From Epithemia pelagica (Eukaryota; Protista; Bacillariophyta), in assembly GCA_946965045.2 (NCBI GenBank), contig OX337228.1, forward strand, positions 620,001 through 684,000: 64,000 nucleotides of DNA, in the 5' to 3' direction. Position 1 is the first letter of the stretch. Each line of letters starts with the position of its first letter. The position numbers and the translations under genes were made by a program. Positions 40,701-57,449 of the stretch are shown here, piece by piece. The notes below the pieces were generated by a model. It was not told the DNA's origin, did not search any database, and was given only the letters and a program-made list of their open reading frames with translations.

Positions 40701-41074
40701 TGTTCGGGATGACGGATTTGTTTGAGCTTTGCAGAAGTGTGAGTGAGGAAGATCTCTGCAACACAGTTGGATTGTCACTTCATTCTTACTTACAATTCTT
40801 GCCTGCAATGGGAGAACAAACAATGTATCTATCGAGAAGCACAGTATTGCTGACTATCTATCTGTCGGGACGAGGCACAGTATTGCTGGATCCTATTCTT
40901 GTTCTTTGATGGCGGTCGTCTTGAGGTCGAATTATAGATTTGTGAGCGCACGGACTACTTTTTCGTGCCAAGCGTTCTTGTGGCGCGCCCTATTTACTAT
41001 TTAATTTTGAGGGCTGGCGTGAATTCGGAACCTATTGCAACAGACACGACCCGTCAGCCTCATCTTTTTCATGT

Positions 41075-41710
41075 TTGCAAAGGGAGAAACCAACAACAGC
41101 GTCAACAACAACAACGACAAACGACAAAAGTAACATGTCGACAATCATCAACGGCCGTCGTATCAGTCTTCGGAACCAACAACGCATCAAAGTGGCCTTG
41201 GATGCGGATTCAGCATTGCCACCAAGCCTCCCCCTCAATCAAGTTCCCAGCTCTGTTTCCAAAGAAAAGTCGTCGCGAAAGATGAGGACAGCAAGCAAGA
41301 AAGCATCTACAGCAAAGAATCCCAAGATCAAGATGGAAAGGGATGCGGTTGAAGTGAAAGTTGAGGAAGAGCAGAAGGTTCCCATTGTCAAGGAAGAAGC
41401 CCATGCCAAGGTTGTGGACAAGAAGACGCATGTGTTTGTTCTCTCAGAAAAGAAGGTTGCATCTCCACCTCCTTTTGATACCATGATTGAGAGTAAGGAA
41501 CAATACAACAATAAAAAGTGTTCTCCCGGTACAAATATCCTGGAACTCGAATGCAACAGTTCTGACAAAGACGACACTTTGACCACCAACAGCAACAATC
41601 CAATGGGCAAATTTGGGAACAAGCGCAATTCGTCCATAGGCGTGGACAGCAACCTATCCTTCGAGTTTGCTGAGACCCAGGAACCGTGCATTCACTACAA
41701 GTTTGATTAA
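41075..41710 (+). CDS. PB1 ORF3, basic disordered protein
   Basis: Shares GRRISLRNQ and the C-terminal VDSNLSFEFAETQ with PB2 ORF3; probable ATG at 41135. Confidence 0.7.
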   Translation: MQREKPTTASTTTTTNDKSNMSTIINGRRISLRNQQRIKVALDADSALPPSLPLNQVPSSVSKEKSSRKMRTASKKASTAKNPKIKMERDAVEVKVEEEQKVPIVKEEAHAKVVDKKTHVFVLSEKKVASPPPFDTMIESKEQYNNKKCSPGTNILELECNSSDKDDTLTTNSNNPMGKFGNKRNSSIGVDSNLSFEFAETQEPCIHYKFD

Positions 41711-42157
41711 TCGGAGATAACTAGTCTAAAAGGAGAGTTTTATATATTGTGCCCACATGTGCCCACTATGTCCCCACAAGTGCCCACCAACTCAACAAGC
41801 CTCCGATTGAGGCACTCCTATGACTATCATATGTCATAGGTAGTGCAAATGGGGCATCAAATGGTGACAGAGGATGACTTAGAGATTGGGAAGACGCATC
41901 AGATCATGGTTGTAGGGCTAATATTGATCGAGTTCTATCTATTTGAAATATTGTTCCCAACGGTACGTTTTCGTCCGTCATGGGCACACCCGGAGTGGAG
42001 ACACTAGTTGCGTGTTCGCTAGTGGGTACCGTGGTCGCTGTTTGGCCCCTACGTGAGCGATTTGCCCCCAAAGGGCACCCCTAGTTTAGTTACCATAATT
42101 TCTGATAGTTTGATTGTTGCAAGCCGTATATTGCGTCTGGCCGTCAGTTTTTATTCA

Positions 42158-43084
42158 GTGGGAACGTGGATTGCCAAGATTGCCACTCTTGAAGCCTCCA
42201 GCGTGAACGGTATCACCTCGTGTGATGAGGAGTGTTCCGTACGGAATGTCAATCACCTCGCCCAACTTATCTTGTTCCTGGCCGCGACTTCAGGTACCTT
42301 ACCCATACCATTAAACTCATCGTTCGCCACGAGACCTTTACGGTCCATGTTGCACTGACGGATTTGCGGAGTGTACCTTTGTACAGGCCGCATTCTCTTC
42401 GCGATCTTGTTGCGGTTGTTTTCGTGGTTCGCCGTTCCAAGACCCCACGGTTCGCGCAACACTTCAAGAAGCTCCGTCGAAACCGCCAAAAAACGTCCTC
42501 GAGGATCACCAACGTCATCAATCAACAAATGACCATGGTTCCTATTCAATGTGCTCGCTTTTTCTTCGGGACTCGCTTCCGCCATGGCCGCGATTTGGGC
42601 TGGAGCTGCCGATCCTCCCGGACTGGACACATGACCGAATGTCAGGTTGTCTTGAACGGGAACCTGCGCGTATCCTCCAATAGGCAGCTGCCCATCGGTG
42701 GGCAAGGAATATGGCTGACTTTGCCCTTGGTACTGTCCCGATGCTTGGTACGGCGAGTGATGCTGCGTTTGGTGGTGGTGCGTTTGATGTTGGTATGGTT
42801 GGTGGTAGGGCAGAGGAGGTTGGTACGGCTGGTAGTGCTGCGTTTGATGCTGGTACGGCTGGTGGTGCTGCGTTTGATGCTGGTACGGCTGGTGGTGCTG
42901 CGTTTGATGCTGGTACGGCTGGTGGTGCTGCGTTTGATGCTGGTATGGCTGGTGGTAGGGCAGAGGAGGTTGTTGTGGAGGATGGGGAAATTGCGGTGGC
43001 GGAGGATGAGGACTGTACTGTGGATGTTGGTGCGGTGGATGGCCATATGGAGAAGGTTAGGTCAGATGTCCGGGATGGCCGCAA
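42158..43084 (-). pseudogene. PB2 cargo: Pro/Ala/Ser repeat linker (PPAVPASNAA) followed by a 2OG-Fe(II) oxygenase-like region (frameshifted)
   Basis: Third-frame translation 42270-42158: GEVIDIPYGTLLITRGDTVHAGGFKSGNLGNPRSH. The upstream frame has TPQIRQCNMD where HxD would be expected; 30-bp repeats at 42830-42950. Confidence 0.6.
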
Positions 43085-44517
43085 GCAGGCAGAAGATCAC
43101 GGACTTGAGGAGGGGAACCAAGAGGAACAGAGGTACCCACACCGGCAACATCCTGAAAAGCACCACCAGGAGAATGGGGAGGATCAGGAACATGCACATG
43201 AGTAGCACGAGGCTGAGGATCAGTGCCAATAGGAGCATCATCATCTTGCAAAGGAGCACGTTTCTTTGTCTTCTTCTGCTTTTTTGTCATTCTCCGTGAA
43301 TCTTCCTCCCTCGACCAACCTCGTTTTTTCCCCCCGCCATCTTCAGGTTCGTCAGGGACTTGGGTTGAAGCTCGGATGACTGGCTCCTCGTCGTTACTGG
43401 AAGATTCCTTGGAGAGGTTGTAAAATAAATACAACTCGTCGCCTTCCTTGATGTCCTTGGTTGCACGAACGATGAGATTTCTCTCGACCCGAACGTTGTA
43501 TTTGTCATATGCTTCATGGGGAGGATCATCGGTCCCGTACTGTTTGTAGTAGTAGTCGTTGATCATGCCCATCCCCATGTAGAAGAAGTCTTCGGTGTCA
43601 GCTTGAACTGTGCGTGCTTCATCCTTGCTCACTCCGAACTGCAACACATACTCGGTCCTTGGAACACTCCGCGAGGTGATGTCTAATCCTCCGTAGACAC
43701 CAATCACCTCGTCTTCATCGTAGTTCTGTGCTGCGAACAGGCCAAAACCAGCGTCGTCAAGCTCCGATCTCTTCACAGTAAACAAATGCGTCTTTCCAAG
43801 CGAGATCTTGAAGATGGGATCGTGGTCGAACGAGTAGCTTAGCAACGAGGCAGGCTTGTAGTTCTTCCCACGATGCTTCTTCATCAGAATCCCAATTCCA
43901 GCTGACTTTGGCACCACTTCTGCATTCTTTTCCTTCTTCGTCCCTGAACCTGGCCTCCGAATTGGTGCATCTGTCACCGAAAAGGATATACTTATCTTTT
44001 TCGAGACGTACTCTCCAAAGGCAAGGACAAGCACAGCACCATTGTCGATCGAGGACGCAAGATCCTTGAGTCCCTGTTTGAAATTTGTCCAGGGATCTCG
44101 CCCAGGAGCCCTCCGCTTCGCCACTGCAGCTATCGCGGCCTTGTAGTCTTTCTTGCGAACGTCGGTTAGGCGCTGGTCTGTCGCCGACTTTGACCCAGAA
44201 TAGTCTTTGTCGTCGCCTTGATGACGACGAAGGCTGTCCGCAACCCTGTTTTCTTCCACAATTGCCAGATCCTCTTGCGAAAGTCTCCCATGACCCGCTC
44301 TTGCTGTCACTGTCGTCGTCGCTTCAGGAGGCGCTTCGTCTGCTGTCGCTGTCGTCGTCGCTTCAGGAGGCGCTTTGTCTGCTGCTGCCACTGCTGCTGC
44401 ACCGGGTGCCTCTGTGATAGCATCTGCAGCATCCACAAGAAGATGAAACCGCGAACCCATCCTTTCTTGATCTTGAGTTTGTGCTGCTTTGAACGATTTC
44501 TTCGTTGGTTCTGCCAT
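43057..44517 (-). CDS. SET-domain protein carried by PB2
   Basis: KRSELDDAGFGLFAAQNY...IGVYGG...YMGMGMIND...IVRATKDIKEGDELYLFYN: SET motifs in order. ATG at 44517, divergent from the transposase. Confidence 0.82.
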   Translation of the reverse strand: MAEPTKKSFKAAQTQDQERMGSRFHLLVDAADAITEAPGAAAVAAADKAPPEATTTATADEAPPEATTTVTARAGHGRLSQEDLAIVEENRVADSLRRHQGDDKDYSGSKSATDQRLTDVRKKDYKAAIAAVAKRRAPGRDPWTNFKQGLKDLASSIDNGAVLVLAFGEYVSKKISISFSVTDAPIRRPGSGTKKEKNAEVVPKSAGIGILMKKHRGKNYKPASLLSYSFDHDPIFKISLGKTHLFTVKRSELDDAGFGLFAAQNYDEDEVIGVYGGLDITSRSVPRTEYVLQFGVSKDEARTVQADTEDFFYMGMGMINDYYYKQYGTDDPPHEAYDKYNVRVERNLIVRATKDIKEGDELYLFYNLSKESSSNDEEPVIRASTQVPDEPEDGGGKKRGWSREEDSRRMTKKQKKTKKRAPLQDDDAPIGTDPQPRATHVHVPDPPHSPGGAFQDVAGVGTSVPLGSPPQVRDLLPACGHPGHLT

Positions 44518-44874
44518 GGTCGAATAAGCGGAACGATGAAACACGAAGAAACGCACCACGTCTTCGTACTTTGCAGGTCAATTCAACAAAAACCGAAGAA
44601 CGGGGTTTCGAAAACGGCCGTTAACTTATTAAGCCTTACACGCTCCTGCGCGCATTTTATGGTCGACGGGCGCGCATGCGCAGATTTTAGGCACTTTTTT
44701 GGTATTAGTCCTGAAACAATGCGACTGCTCCACATGTATTTTCCCTCCAACATCGATCCACAGTTCATTCCACAACCATGTTTCCAAATCAGAAATTTGT
44801 CTTCTTCACCGTGTGCTTGCAGTATCGTTCAACTACGCTCTGAAGCATTGAGAAGAGTAACGAGAACGACGACA

Positions 44875-48521
<3,647 letters not shown>

Positions 48522-48658
48522 TTTGTCCCGAACACGAGAACTACGACTCTATATTGTTACATGGCTTTACATATTATAGTAAATAAGAACTTAAGAATGC
48601 ATTATTGATGAGAGTATAAAAACGAGATTTTAGTATTAACGCGTGTCATGGAACCGGC

Positions 48659-49207
48659 CTACGAGATTCTAGTACTTTCCTGCTTGGGCCACTTCTCCCT
48701 CGCTTTGTGATGAAGCGACATGAACGTAGTCATCCCAACAACACTCATCCGCACAGTAATGACCATGGGCCCCATTGCCATCTTGGTGTCTAAGGAATGG
48801 GCAGTTTCGATCGTGAGCTCTCCTTTGACAAGGGAGCTGCTTTTCGAACGGAACTTCCTGCACGCAATTTTTTTTTTGGATTGATCCGACTGGGATAACG
48901 ACATCAGGCATTGAGTCATCCTTCTTGTCTCGACCAAACGCGCTAATTGACAGCATCCCACCATTGTTACTGTACTTTGAGCGCTGCATAAGAACGACAC
49001 CTTGATCCACCACAAGCGTCCCCTTTTCACCTTCCCCCCCCCCCCCCCCCCCAGAGCGGCGTCTTGGACGTAGACATTCACACCCGCTTTGCCATAGATC
49101 GTTACACGGCTACCTTGGAGAAGAATCTCCTGCCCTTCGTCTTGCATCACGTTGAACCCATTTGGAAGGAGAATTCGATTGTGCGATTCGTGCTCGTATT
49201 CCGACAT
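48659..49207 (-). pseudogene. PB2 ORF2 (frameshifted at homopolymers ~49040 and ~48870)
   Basis: Pieces MSEYEHESHNRILLPNGF..., DQGVVLMQRS...DDSMPDVVIP and ETAHSLDTKMAMGPMVITVRMSVVGMTT match PB1 ORF2. Confidence 0.75.
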
Positions 49208-49647
49208 CGTCTTATTACGTCTATTGTAAATGTAACAAAAGGAGTGGTGAGACGAGACGAGACAAACAAGCAGTCTCACCGTGCAAAACAAGCTTTAGAT
49301 AGACACTTACTTCTTGTCGTCTACTCCTAATTGGATTGTCAAATGAAAGTCTTTACTTAGATGAGATTGCCACTCGGATGGCCGATCAATTCTCTCCTCT
49401 CTGCACGAAAGGACGAACGCGTCCGCGATCCTTCAGGTCAAACGTACAAAACTTCATTTGAGGTTTGGGGGAAACGGTGGGGACTGTCTACAATTGCCAC
49501 TTGGGTTTAATTATGCCACCGTGACAGATTACTTAGGGAAAATTTCATCCGTTGCGCCGCGTGCCTTCCTCATTTTACAGCGCGACAGATTTTTTCCTGA
49601 GAGGCCTGATCCCATCAACCAAACAAAACGAGTGACCGTGATAAAGG

Positions 49648-50232
49648 GTGTCCACAAAAAACAAAAAGGATAGTATAGCAACGACAACACTATTGACGAG
49701 ACAACAGCGAAAAGATATGTTGCTCTACATCGACAAGCGCCGGGTTAGTGCGCGGCTTCAAAGTCGCACCGACAAGAGTGTTGCGATGGCAACGGGTACG
49801 TCAAAACTCGCTCTGCGCCCCATCCATAAAGGTGCCCAGAAGAACAACAAGAACAACAAGAACAACAAGAACAAGGAGAAGACGGTTACCAAGAAAGAGA
49901 AGGAAGAGCTCTTGGCCGGGTGTGATCCAATCAAAGCTGGTGGCTCATCGATCCTCAAGATTCGCGACGACTTAGTTGAGCACGGATCGAACGGCGGAAG
50001 CAACACTCCATTGCGCCACACCAAGATCAAGTTTGCTGATGAACTCAGCCCAGTTTATGAGGAGCTCAAGAAGCCTTTATCACGTGTCTCACTCATAAGC
50101 AACGCTTCTACGCGCAGTGTCAACACTGCATCCTCTTGTGGAACCGCTGTCGATAGCGAGCTTTCCTTTGACTTTGCCGAGACCCAACAAGATGAGCATG
50201 ACGATGTCTACAACCATTATGTGGCCTCCTAA
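49648..50232 (+). CDS. PB2 ORF3, basic disordered protein (194 aa)
   Basis: KRRVSARLQS and C-terminal VDSELSFDFAETQ; homologous to PB1 ORF3; identical protein at 62302-62886. Confidence 0.72.
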   Translation: MSTKNKKDSIATTTLLTRQQRKDMLLYIDKRRVSARLQSRTDKSVAMATGTSKLALRPIHKGAQKNNKNNKNNKNKEKTVTKKEKEELLAGCDPIKAGGSSILKIRDDLVEHGSNGGSNTPLRHTKIKFADELSPVYEELKKPLSRVSLISNASTRSVNTASSCGTAVDSELSFDFAETQQDEHDDVYNHYVAS

Positions 50233-50369
50233 TGATCCTGTAGTAAGTCTTTTGTAGCGCTGACCTTAAATTAGTCCAGACAGTTGTTTCATTAGTCACG
50301 CAACAGGGTTTCTGCCTTAGGAGCAGCGTAGTTGTCGCATACCTAGAAAACCTTTTGTCAAATCAATCA

Positions 50370-51240
50370 TGACCTCATTCATCACAACCATGGATCCTAC
50401 GTAAGATCTGAGACTGCTGATCCCTCAAGTAGAGCCTAAACTAAAAGATATGTTAATATCACGTACAGAGCCGCCATGGCCGAATATCGGCATGGCGTCA
50501 TCGTTCGGTCGAAATCTCGTGTGCTGTTTGGTGCGTCGAAGAAGCGTCGAACGAGGATCGCATCTTTCATCACGACCATGGCGCCTACGTGAGATCTGAA
50601 ACTTTCCAAACCTTATGTACATCTTAAACTAAACCATATGTAAATATCACGTACAGAGCCGGCATGGCCGAATATCGGCATGGCGTCATCGCTCGGTCGA
50701 AAGCTCGTGTGCTTTTTGGTGTGGCGAAAAAGTGTCCATCAATGATCATCTCGTTCATCACAACCAAGGCTCCGATCTTCGATCTGATATGTCGGATCCC
50801 TAAACTAGAACCTAACGTAATAGAGTAGAGAGTAGGACGTCCGGAGCGGACGGATCCGTGGATTCGCATCCCGTCATCCTTCGGTCGAAAATTTGTGTGG
50901 CGTGTGGTGCGTCGAAAAGAAGGGTCCATCGATGGTTGGCCATTGCATCACGACCATACCGCCGATGGTCGATCTGATACGCCCGATCTCTAAAGTAGAA
51001 CCTAAATTAGTAGCCTATTGAGTAGGACGTCCGAAGCGGACGGATCCGTGGATTCGCATCTCGTCATCCTTCGGTCAAAAACTCGTGTGGTGTGTGGTGC
51101 GTCGAAAGGAAGCGTCCATCGATGGTTGGCCATTTCTCCATGGCCATACCACTGATGGTCGATCTGATACGCCACATCTCTCACGTAGAGCCTAAATTAG
51201 TAGCCTATTAAGTAGGACGTCCAGAGCAGACGGATCCGTG
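50370..51240. repeat. Inverted 190-bp array (right arm of PB2)
   Basis: AGTAGGACGT at 50831, 51021 and 51211 (190-bp period), with diverged units at ~50460 and ~50650; reverse complement of the left-arm units. Confidence 0.9.
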
Positions 51241-54200
51241 GAGCTGCAGGACGGCGAATAACAATGCAAATCTCATGCGGTACGTGCCGCGTCGAAAAAT
51301 CGACGCAATGGGATGAAAGCTCGTTTGAATCCTATGCTTAGAGATAGCGTATAGGGGTCAAACGCGTTCTCATTTACACTAAGATCGATAACATGTTTCA
51401 ATTTCACGGCATTTGGTGCCGGTAGAATGCGCAGTCTGTCCGCTTCACCTACGAAGGCACTAGGTGGTGTCCATGACGGGAGTCGCCCTTTTAAACCGTC
51501 CGACCGCCGACCGTCTGTGGACGTCAAAAACTGTTCCCAAAACAAAAACTCCCATCCAGCACCCCTCATGATCGACTGCAGTACAAACAGCAAACGGTTT
51601 CCCCTATCATCTATACTACACGATTCTCTCGCATGGCGAATACTCTGCTGCTCCACACAACGTCTCATGCCTGTTTTTTCTCCATCCTGGAACGCGTATT
51701 CCTAGCTAGAGGTAGCTGTATATAAGAAGGAAAGTGGCTCTCTCGTCCATGTGGCTGGCAACCAAGGACACAGATGTACATCTTCCTATCGTAACCTTTG
51801 GTCCTTTGTAATAAGTCGAGGAGCCATGATCAAATGTGCAAGAGAGGTAGGTGCTCCAGAAAAAGACGACGTGATCCCCAGATTCCAGCAAACAGGGTAG
51901 GTAGGCACCACAGTTCGATCAAGGAGGAAGTCAAGAATGTGCGAGTCTTTTGGACAGGTTTATCGATGCGACGGCGTTCATTTGCCTCGCCTTTTTGGAC
52001 CCTACGAAGCGAGCCAAGGATGAAATAGTGTTTCTACCATGCACCTTCACGTGTCGGTTGTTCTTGCACCGTCTTGACGTCTCTGTTGGCTGTTAGACCG
52101 GCGGATACCTTCGTACTCTTGTTCCTTTCCGAAGGAGGGCTTCCTGAAGAAAAATACCTTTTGATCGGGTCTAGTGGTAATGAATTGAATCTCTCTCTAC
52201 TCCCAAAGGCCCTTTCAATGTTTTTCGCCTATTGCCACCAACATTACCTCTTCCCGTATCGAGCGTCGGATATGTTGTGTATTTTGGGTGATGTCATGTG
52301 TGACTGTGACTGGGAAATTGGGCGTTGGCGTGGGAGCCCATGAATGACTCCCCAACCAGAATCAGGAAAGCTCAATCGAGTTTCGTCCCTTTCAGCTCCA
52401 AAAGTTTTTGGATCACCAAAACGACATTATCATCTATTTTTTTGGTCGTGTGAAATTGGTAGAGACTCACTGGGAAATTGGGCGTTGGCGTGGCCAAGAC
52501 ACCACGATCGAGAAAATATCTCGAATTCGAACATTTAATAATTGCCACCATATGGAGGCAATATTGGAAAAGTGCGAGGAGTATTGGACTAGGTAGCACG
52601 AATATGAGCTCGTAGCTAGTGTTGGGGAAATGTGGCACGTGGAATGCCCGGGGTCATGGGCAAGGTGGGCACGATACCCCTGTGCCCATTGATGTCAAAA
52701 TGACCATGGGCATTCCCAGGAGCGACTAAACACGTCGTGCATACTTTTTGGGCATGAGATCTTCGTTTTTCCGTAGATTGAGTAAGGGCATGACTTTGGA
52801 ATGGGGTAATCTAGAGGTTATCCAGGGGTAACATAACGTGCTCTGGGCAATGGGAACGCTCCCATTACGACCATCCTTGAAAGGCATGCCTGGGTAATGG
52901 AAACGTTACCATCAGTCATAGATGGGAGCGTCCCTCGTGCCCATCAGAATGAGACCGTTACCCCAACACTACTCGTAGGTCGTACTCGTACTCGTATTCT
53001 TTGAGTCCCCAAAGGCCAAAGGGCCTTTCTCTCTTTGTCTCTTTGTCTCTTTCTTTCTGTCTTTCTCTCTTTCATATTCTGCATTCGTAGAGCGATATTT
53101 GATGTAAGATTTGGGTGCGATTGGGGGGGTACCTTTGTTCGTCCGTCATCCGAATGGAAAAAAATTGTCTCGTATTTTTTCCCAAAGCGCCAGCCGGGTG
53201 ATATCGCCAGCCTCCCTTCGATCGTTCGAAATCGACGCGCCGGTCACGCCTTGTATTGCTGGGACATGGGCCAAGAATCGTCTCACTTTTCGAGCAACAC
53301 CACAAAAGACGACCATGAGCACTGAGCACACCAAAAACCGAAAGAAAACCACCCAGCCGGACGAACGACCAAAGTGACAACTTTATGGTCAAAACCATCC
53401 ACCTAGATCACAAGTGAAGGTGGAATGCATCAAAGGAAGGATGACAACATGAAACATGACAATCAACCAGTGCAATGAACAATCAACCAGCGCACTGGTT
53501 CACAGCGTATCATGGGGTATGTAAGCCCAGGAAGCAGGCAGCCTAAACTAGTAGTGGACTATGCTTTTATCTTTCCCATAGACAAAGTGCCAGGAGCTTG
53601 TTTTGATACTCCTCTAGAGGTGCATTGCACCATGTGTGTGTATTTCATGGTTTGGTGTGTGTGTGTGTGTGTGTGATTCTGTGAAGCTAGATCCACGATC
53701 CAATACTGCGTAAAGAGTACTCGCTTCTGAAACAATAGACTATTGAGCACAAAATGGGCTTGTAGATTTCTTTGTCCATACCTCGTCAAGTCTCACGGCT
53801 CACGGTCATGCATGAGCGCAAGCGGCTACACAATAGGGCCAAGCCAGTTATAACAGTTGGCTTGGACGTTATAATAATGTGCTAAATCGAAAGAAATTTG
53901 ACAGAAATAATTTAAACATTTTTTAGGAAAATTTGAGAATAACCGTATGGACAGCAGACGGGAGGTACCCCCGCAATCGGAGGGATACGAGTATACTCGT
54001 ACTCGTAATCGTTTCCCATTTCCTGTATCCGATATCCGATGACCCCCTTTCGAGTATTCGTACCCTACGAGTACCTGGGTCCTGGGTGAATCAAAGCATA
54101 GAACATAAATCTTAAATCTTTGTATCGCCCACACGCTAAATTTCACTGGAAACTGGACATTTGAATTTAAGCAACGTAGAACGTAGTAGAGATATCGGGT

Positions 54201-54270
54201 TGGGAGTACTATAGGATCCTTCCGCCGCTAACGCCAACGTCTTTCGAGCGCATGATCGGGTTCTCCTTTG

Positions 54271-54460
54271 CGGGTCATCCTGTGGCCCTGCCACTTTTGG
54301 AAATGACTGTTGCACAAACATTCTCAATATGCACCATTTGGGGGAAAAACCAAAAAGGTCATCATTCGGGTCATCCTGTGGCCCTGCCACTTTTGGAAAT
54401 GACTGTAGCACAAACATATTCTCAATATTCACCATTTGGGGGAAAAACCAAAAAGGTCAT
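54271..54460. repeat. Direct duplication of about 96 bp upstream of the host gene
   Basis: CGGGTCATCCTGTGGCCCTGCCACTTTTGGAAATGACTGT...CACCATTTGGGGGAAAAACCAAAAAGGTCATCATTCG occurs twice (~54271 and ~54367). Confidence 0.85.
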
Positions 54461-54696
54461 CATTCGAGAAGAAATGATCGACGACGATATCGTTGTTGTG
54501 CAAGTTTTTTCGTCACTTTACTAGTTGGAAACTCATATTTTTCATTTGATCCGTTTGGTTTCATCAAAGCTTCGAGGCTCCACCACCAGGGACATTGACC
54601 GTGAGCCCTCTTGTCGACCTACTAGAGACAGTACCACTTTGGAGCAAGCGAACGCTCCCCATCACCATGGTTTCCTCCTCCTGTAGAATTGCCACT

Positions 54697-57377
54697 ATGG
54701 GGAAACGGGGGACCCGCTTTCTCCACGCACTCCTTGTTGTACAGCTTCTGTGTGGAACCAGATTTGCCACGTCCACCAACCCAGACAGACGAAAAGAACC
54801 TGTCGTCTCCTTGTCGTCCCCGGCTTCTCCAACGCCCACTCCTCCCATACCTTCCGACGCTATGTTGTTGAAGGAAAGTAAAACGACGACGAGCTGCAAC
54901 GAAGCCGACCCATGCAACATGAATGTGACAACCAAGACTGCTGAGGACAATAGTTCTCATAACACAACTGAACATCCCACGTCTGTGACAAAGTCAGCTT
55001 CCAGTCTTCAAGGTTTTTGGTCATCCTTGTGGTCCGAAAAAGACCAAACATCCCATTCATCGCACCAGGATGATACGAACCTGTTGAAACCACCAATCAC
55101 GAATTCGAATCTTTCCAAACGCGTTCCGTACGATGACGACCGAGAAAACACCGACTCGACCGATGTCGGGGGGCATTTGCGATCGGGTGTTTCCCGCCGA
55201 CGACTAAATGGTTTGACCGACAGTCCCACAAGTCAGCCCACGGACGCACCAACCGACAATCCCACATCGACCCCGACATCTGCGCCCACGAACAATCCCA
55301 CTAATCAACCCACGGCCGGTCCCACCACACCTCCGACCAGTCAACCTACGTCCACCCCTACCAGTGAGCCCACTGAAACACCCACGAGTACTCCCACATC
55401 ACAGCCAACTGACAATCCCACTGACAATCCCACTGCAAGTCCCACAGACGGCCCGACGAACGCTCCCACATCAACACCAACCAGTCAACCAACGAGCTCA
55501 CCTACGAGTGGTCCTACAACTGAGCCGACTGAAAATCCGACAGCCCCAACGTCAAGTCCTACAGGAAGTCCTACAGCCCCAACGTCTTCTCCCACAGGAA
55601 GCCCAACAGCCCCTACGTCAGCACCGACAGCCGGCCCAACGTCAGCTCCGACTTCGGGACCTACAAGTGGACCAACAAGCAGTCCGACAAGTGGACCAAC
55701 AAGTGGACCAACATCGTCGCCGACCAGCGAGCCAACTTCATCACCAACGAGTACTCCAACAGATGGACCCACATTTGGTCCAACATCTGGTCCTACCGAC
55801 GGACCAACATCTGCACCAACAAGTGGACCTACCGACAATCCCACATCGACCCCGACATCTGCGCCCACGAACAATCCCACTAATCAACCCACGGCCGGTC
55901 CCACCACACCTCCGACCAGTCAACCTACGTCCACCCCTACCAGTGAGCCCACTGAAACACCCACGAGTACTCCCACATCACAGCCAAATGACAATCCCAC
56001 TGACAATCCCACTGCAAGTCCCACAGACGGCCCGACGAACGCTCCCACATCAACACCAACCAGTCAACCAACGAGCTCACCTACGAGTGGTCCTACAACT
56101 GAGCCGACTGAAAATCCGACGAGCAGTCCGACAAGTGCACCGACGTCATCACCATCATCGTTGCCGACCAGTGAGCCTACGGAAACCCCAACGAGTACTC
56201 CAACAGCAGAACCAACTGATGGTCCCACATCAGCTCCGACAGCCGGCCCAACATCCGCTCCGACATCAGAACCAACCGCTGGTCCCACATCTGCTCCCAC
56301 ATCAGCTCCGACAACAGAGCCTACTGCAAGTCCCACATCTGCTCCCACAGATGGCCCAACATCCGCTCCGACAACCCAACCGACTGATGCTCCCACATCT
56401 GCTCCGACTGATGGCCCAACGTCTGCTCCAACATCGACACCCACAAGTCAACCAACGAGTGCACCAACAAGTGGACCAACAAAAAGTCCGACAAGTGGAC
56501 CAACATCGTCGCCGACCAGCGAGCCAACTTCATCACCAACGAGTACTCCAACAGATGGACCCACATCTGGTCCAACATCTGGTCCTACCGCCGGACCAAC
56601 GTCAGCTCCAACATCTGCACCAACAAGTGGACCTACAAGTGGACCAACTGCGGGTCCGACTAGTCAACCAACCTCCGGTCCTACGACAGCCCCGACGGCT
56701 GCACCAACAAGCGGCCCCACTTCACAGCCGACAAGTGCACCAACGGCACAACCAACGTCCAATCCAACAGCCCCAACGTCAAGTCCTACAGGAAGTCCTA
56801 CAGCCCCAACGTCTTCTCCCACTTTGGTTCCAACAAGTGCACCAACTAGTGTCCCTACGGCCGCTCCGACTGCCGTTCCGACAACACAGCCAACCCAATC
56901 TCCGTCAAGTAGTACTGACGAACCCACCGCTGGTGTTCCGCCGGCTGCGGAGAGTAGTACAAGCAAAAAGAGTAAGAAGAGTAAGAAGAGTAAGAAGAGT
57001 AAGAAGAGTAACTCTACGGCCGCTCCGACTGCCGTTCCGACAACACAGCCAACCCAATCTCCGTCAAGAAGTGACGAACCCACCGCTGGTGTTCCGCCGG
57101 CTGCGGAGAGTAGTACAAGCAAAAAGAGTAAGAAGAGTAAGAAGAGTAAGAAGAGTAAGAAGAGTAAGAAGAGTAAGAAGAGTAAGAAGAAAGAGTGAAA
57201 AGAGTGAAAAGAGTAAAAAGAGTGAAAAGAGTAAAAAGAGTGAAAAGAGTGAAAAGAGTGGAAAAGTTCCAAAGACTAAAAACTAAAACGGCAAAGAGTG
57301 CAAAGAGTGCAAAGAGTGCAAAGAGCAAAAAGAAGAAAAAGAAGGTCATGAATGCTACGGTAGCTGTGATAGCGTGA
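54697..57377 (+). CDS. Probable host gene: secreted PT/S-rich repetitive protein with Lys-rich KxxK tail (silaffin/adhesive-like); tail frameshifted after 57198
   Basis: Signal-peptide-like MGKRGTRFLHALLVVQLLCGTRFATS from ATG 54697; RRRL site before more than 550 aa of PTSxPT repeats; (SKK)n runs. Downstream frames continue SEKSEKSKK...KSAKSAKSKKKKKK to 57377. Confidence 0.72.
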
Positions 57378-57449
57378 AAAAAGACGCCCTATTCACCAAG
57401 AATATCAGTTGCTTTAGTCGTATTATCTTCATCAGAAAAGATTCATAAT

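Noticed and set aside
52300-54100. Possible MITE or degenerate element (TGGGAAATTGGGCGTTGGCGTGG twice, GTGCCCAT motifs, TACTCG clusters at ~52970 and ~53990-54075)
   Set aside because: No clean TIR pair or TSD could be established by eye.
55364-57286. 640-aa Gln/Pro/Arg-rich ORF
   Set aside because: Alternative frame of the PT-repeat gene; only its last ~30 codons plausibly belong to the real tail.
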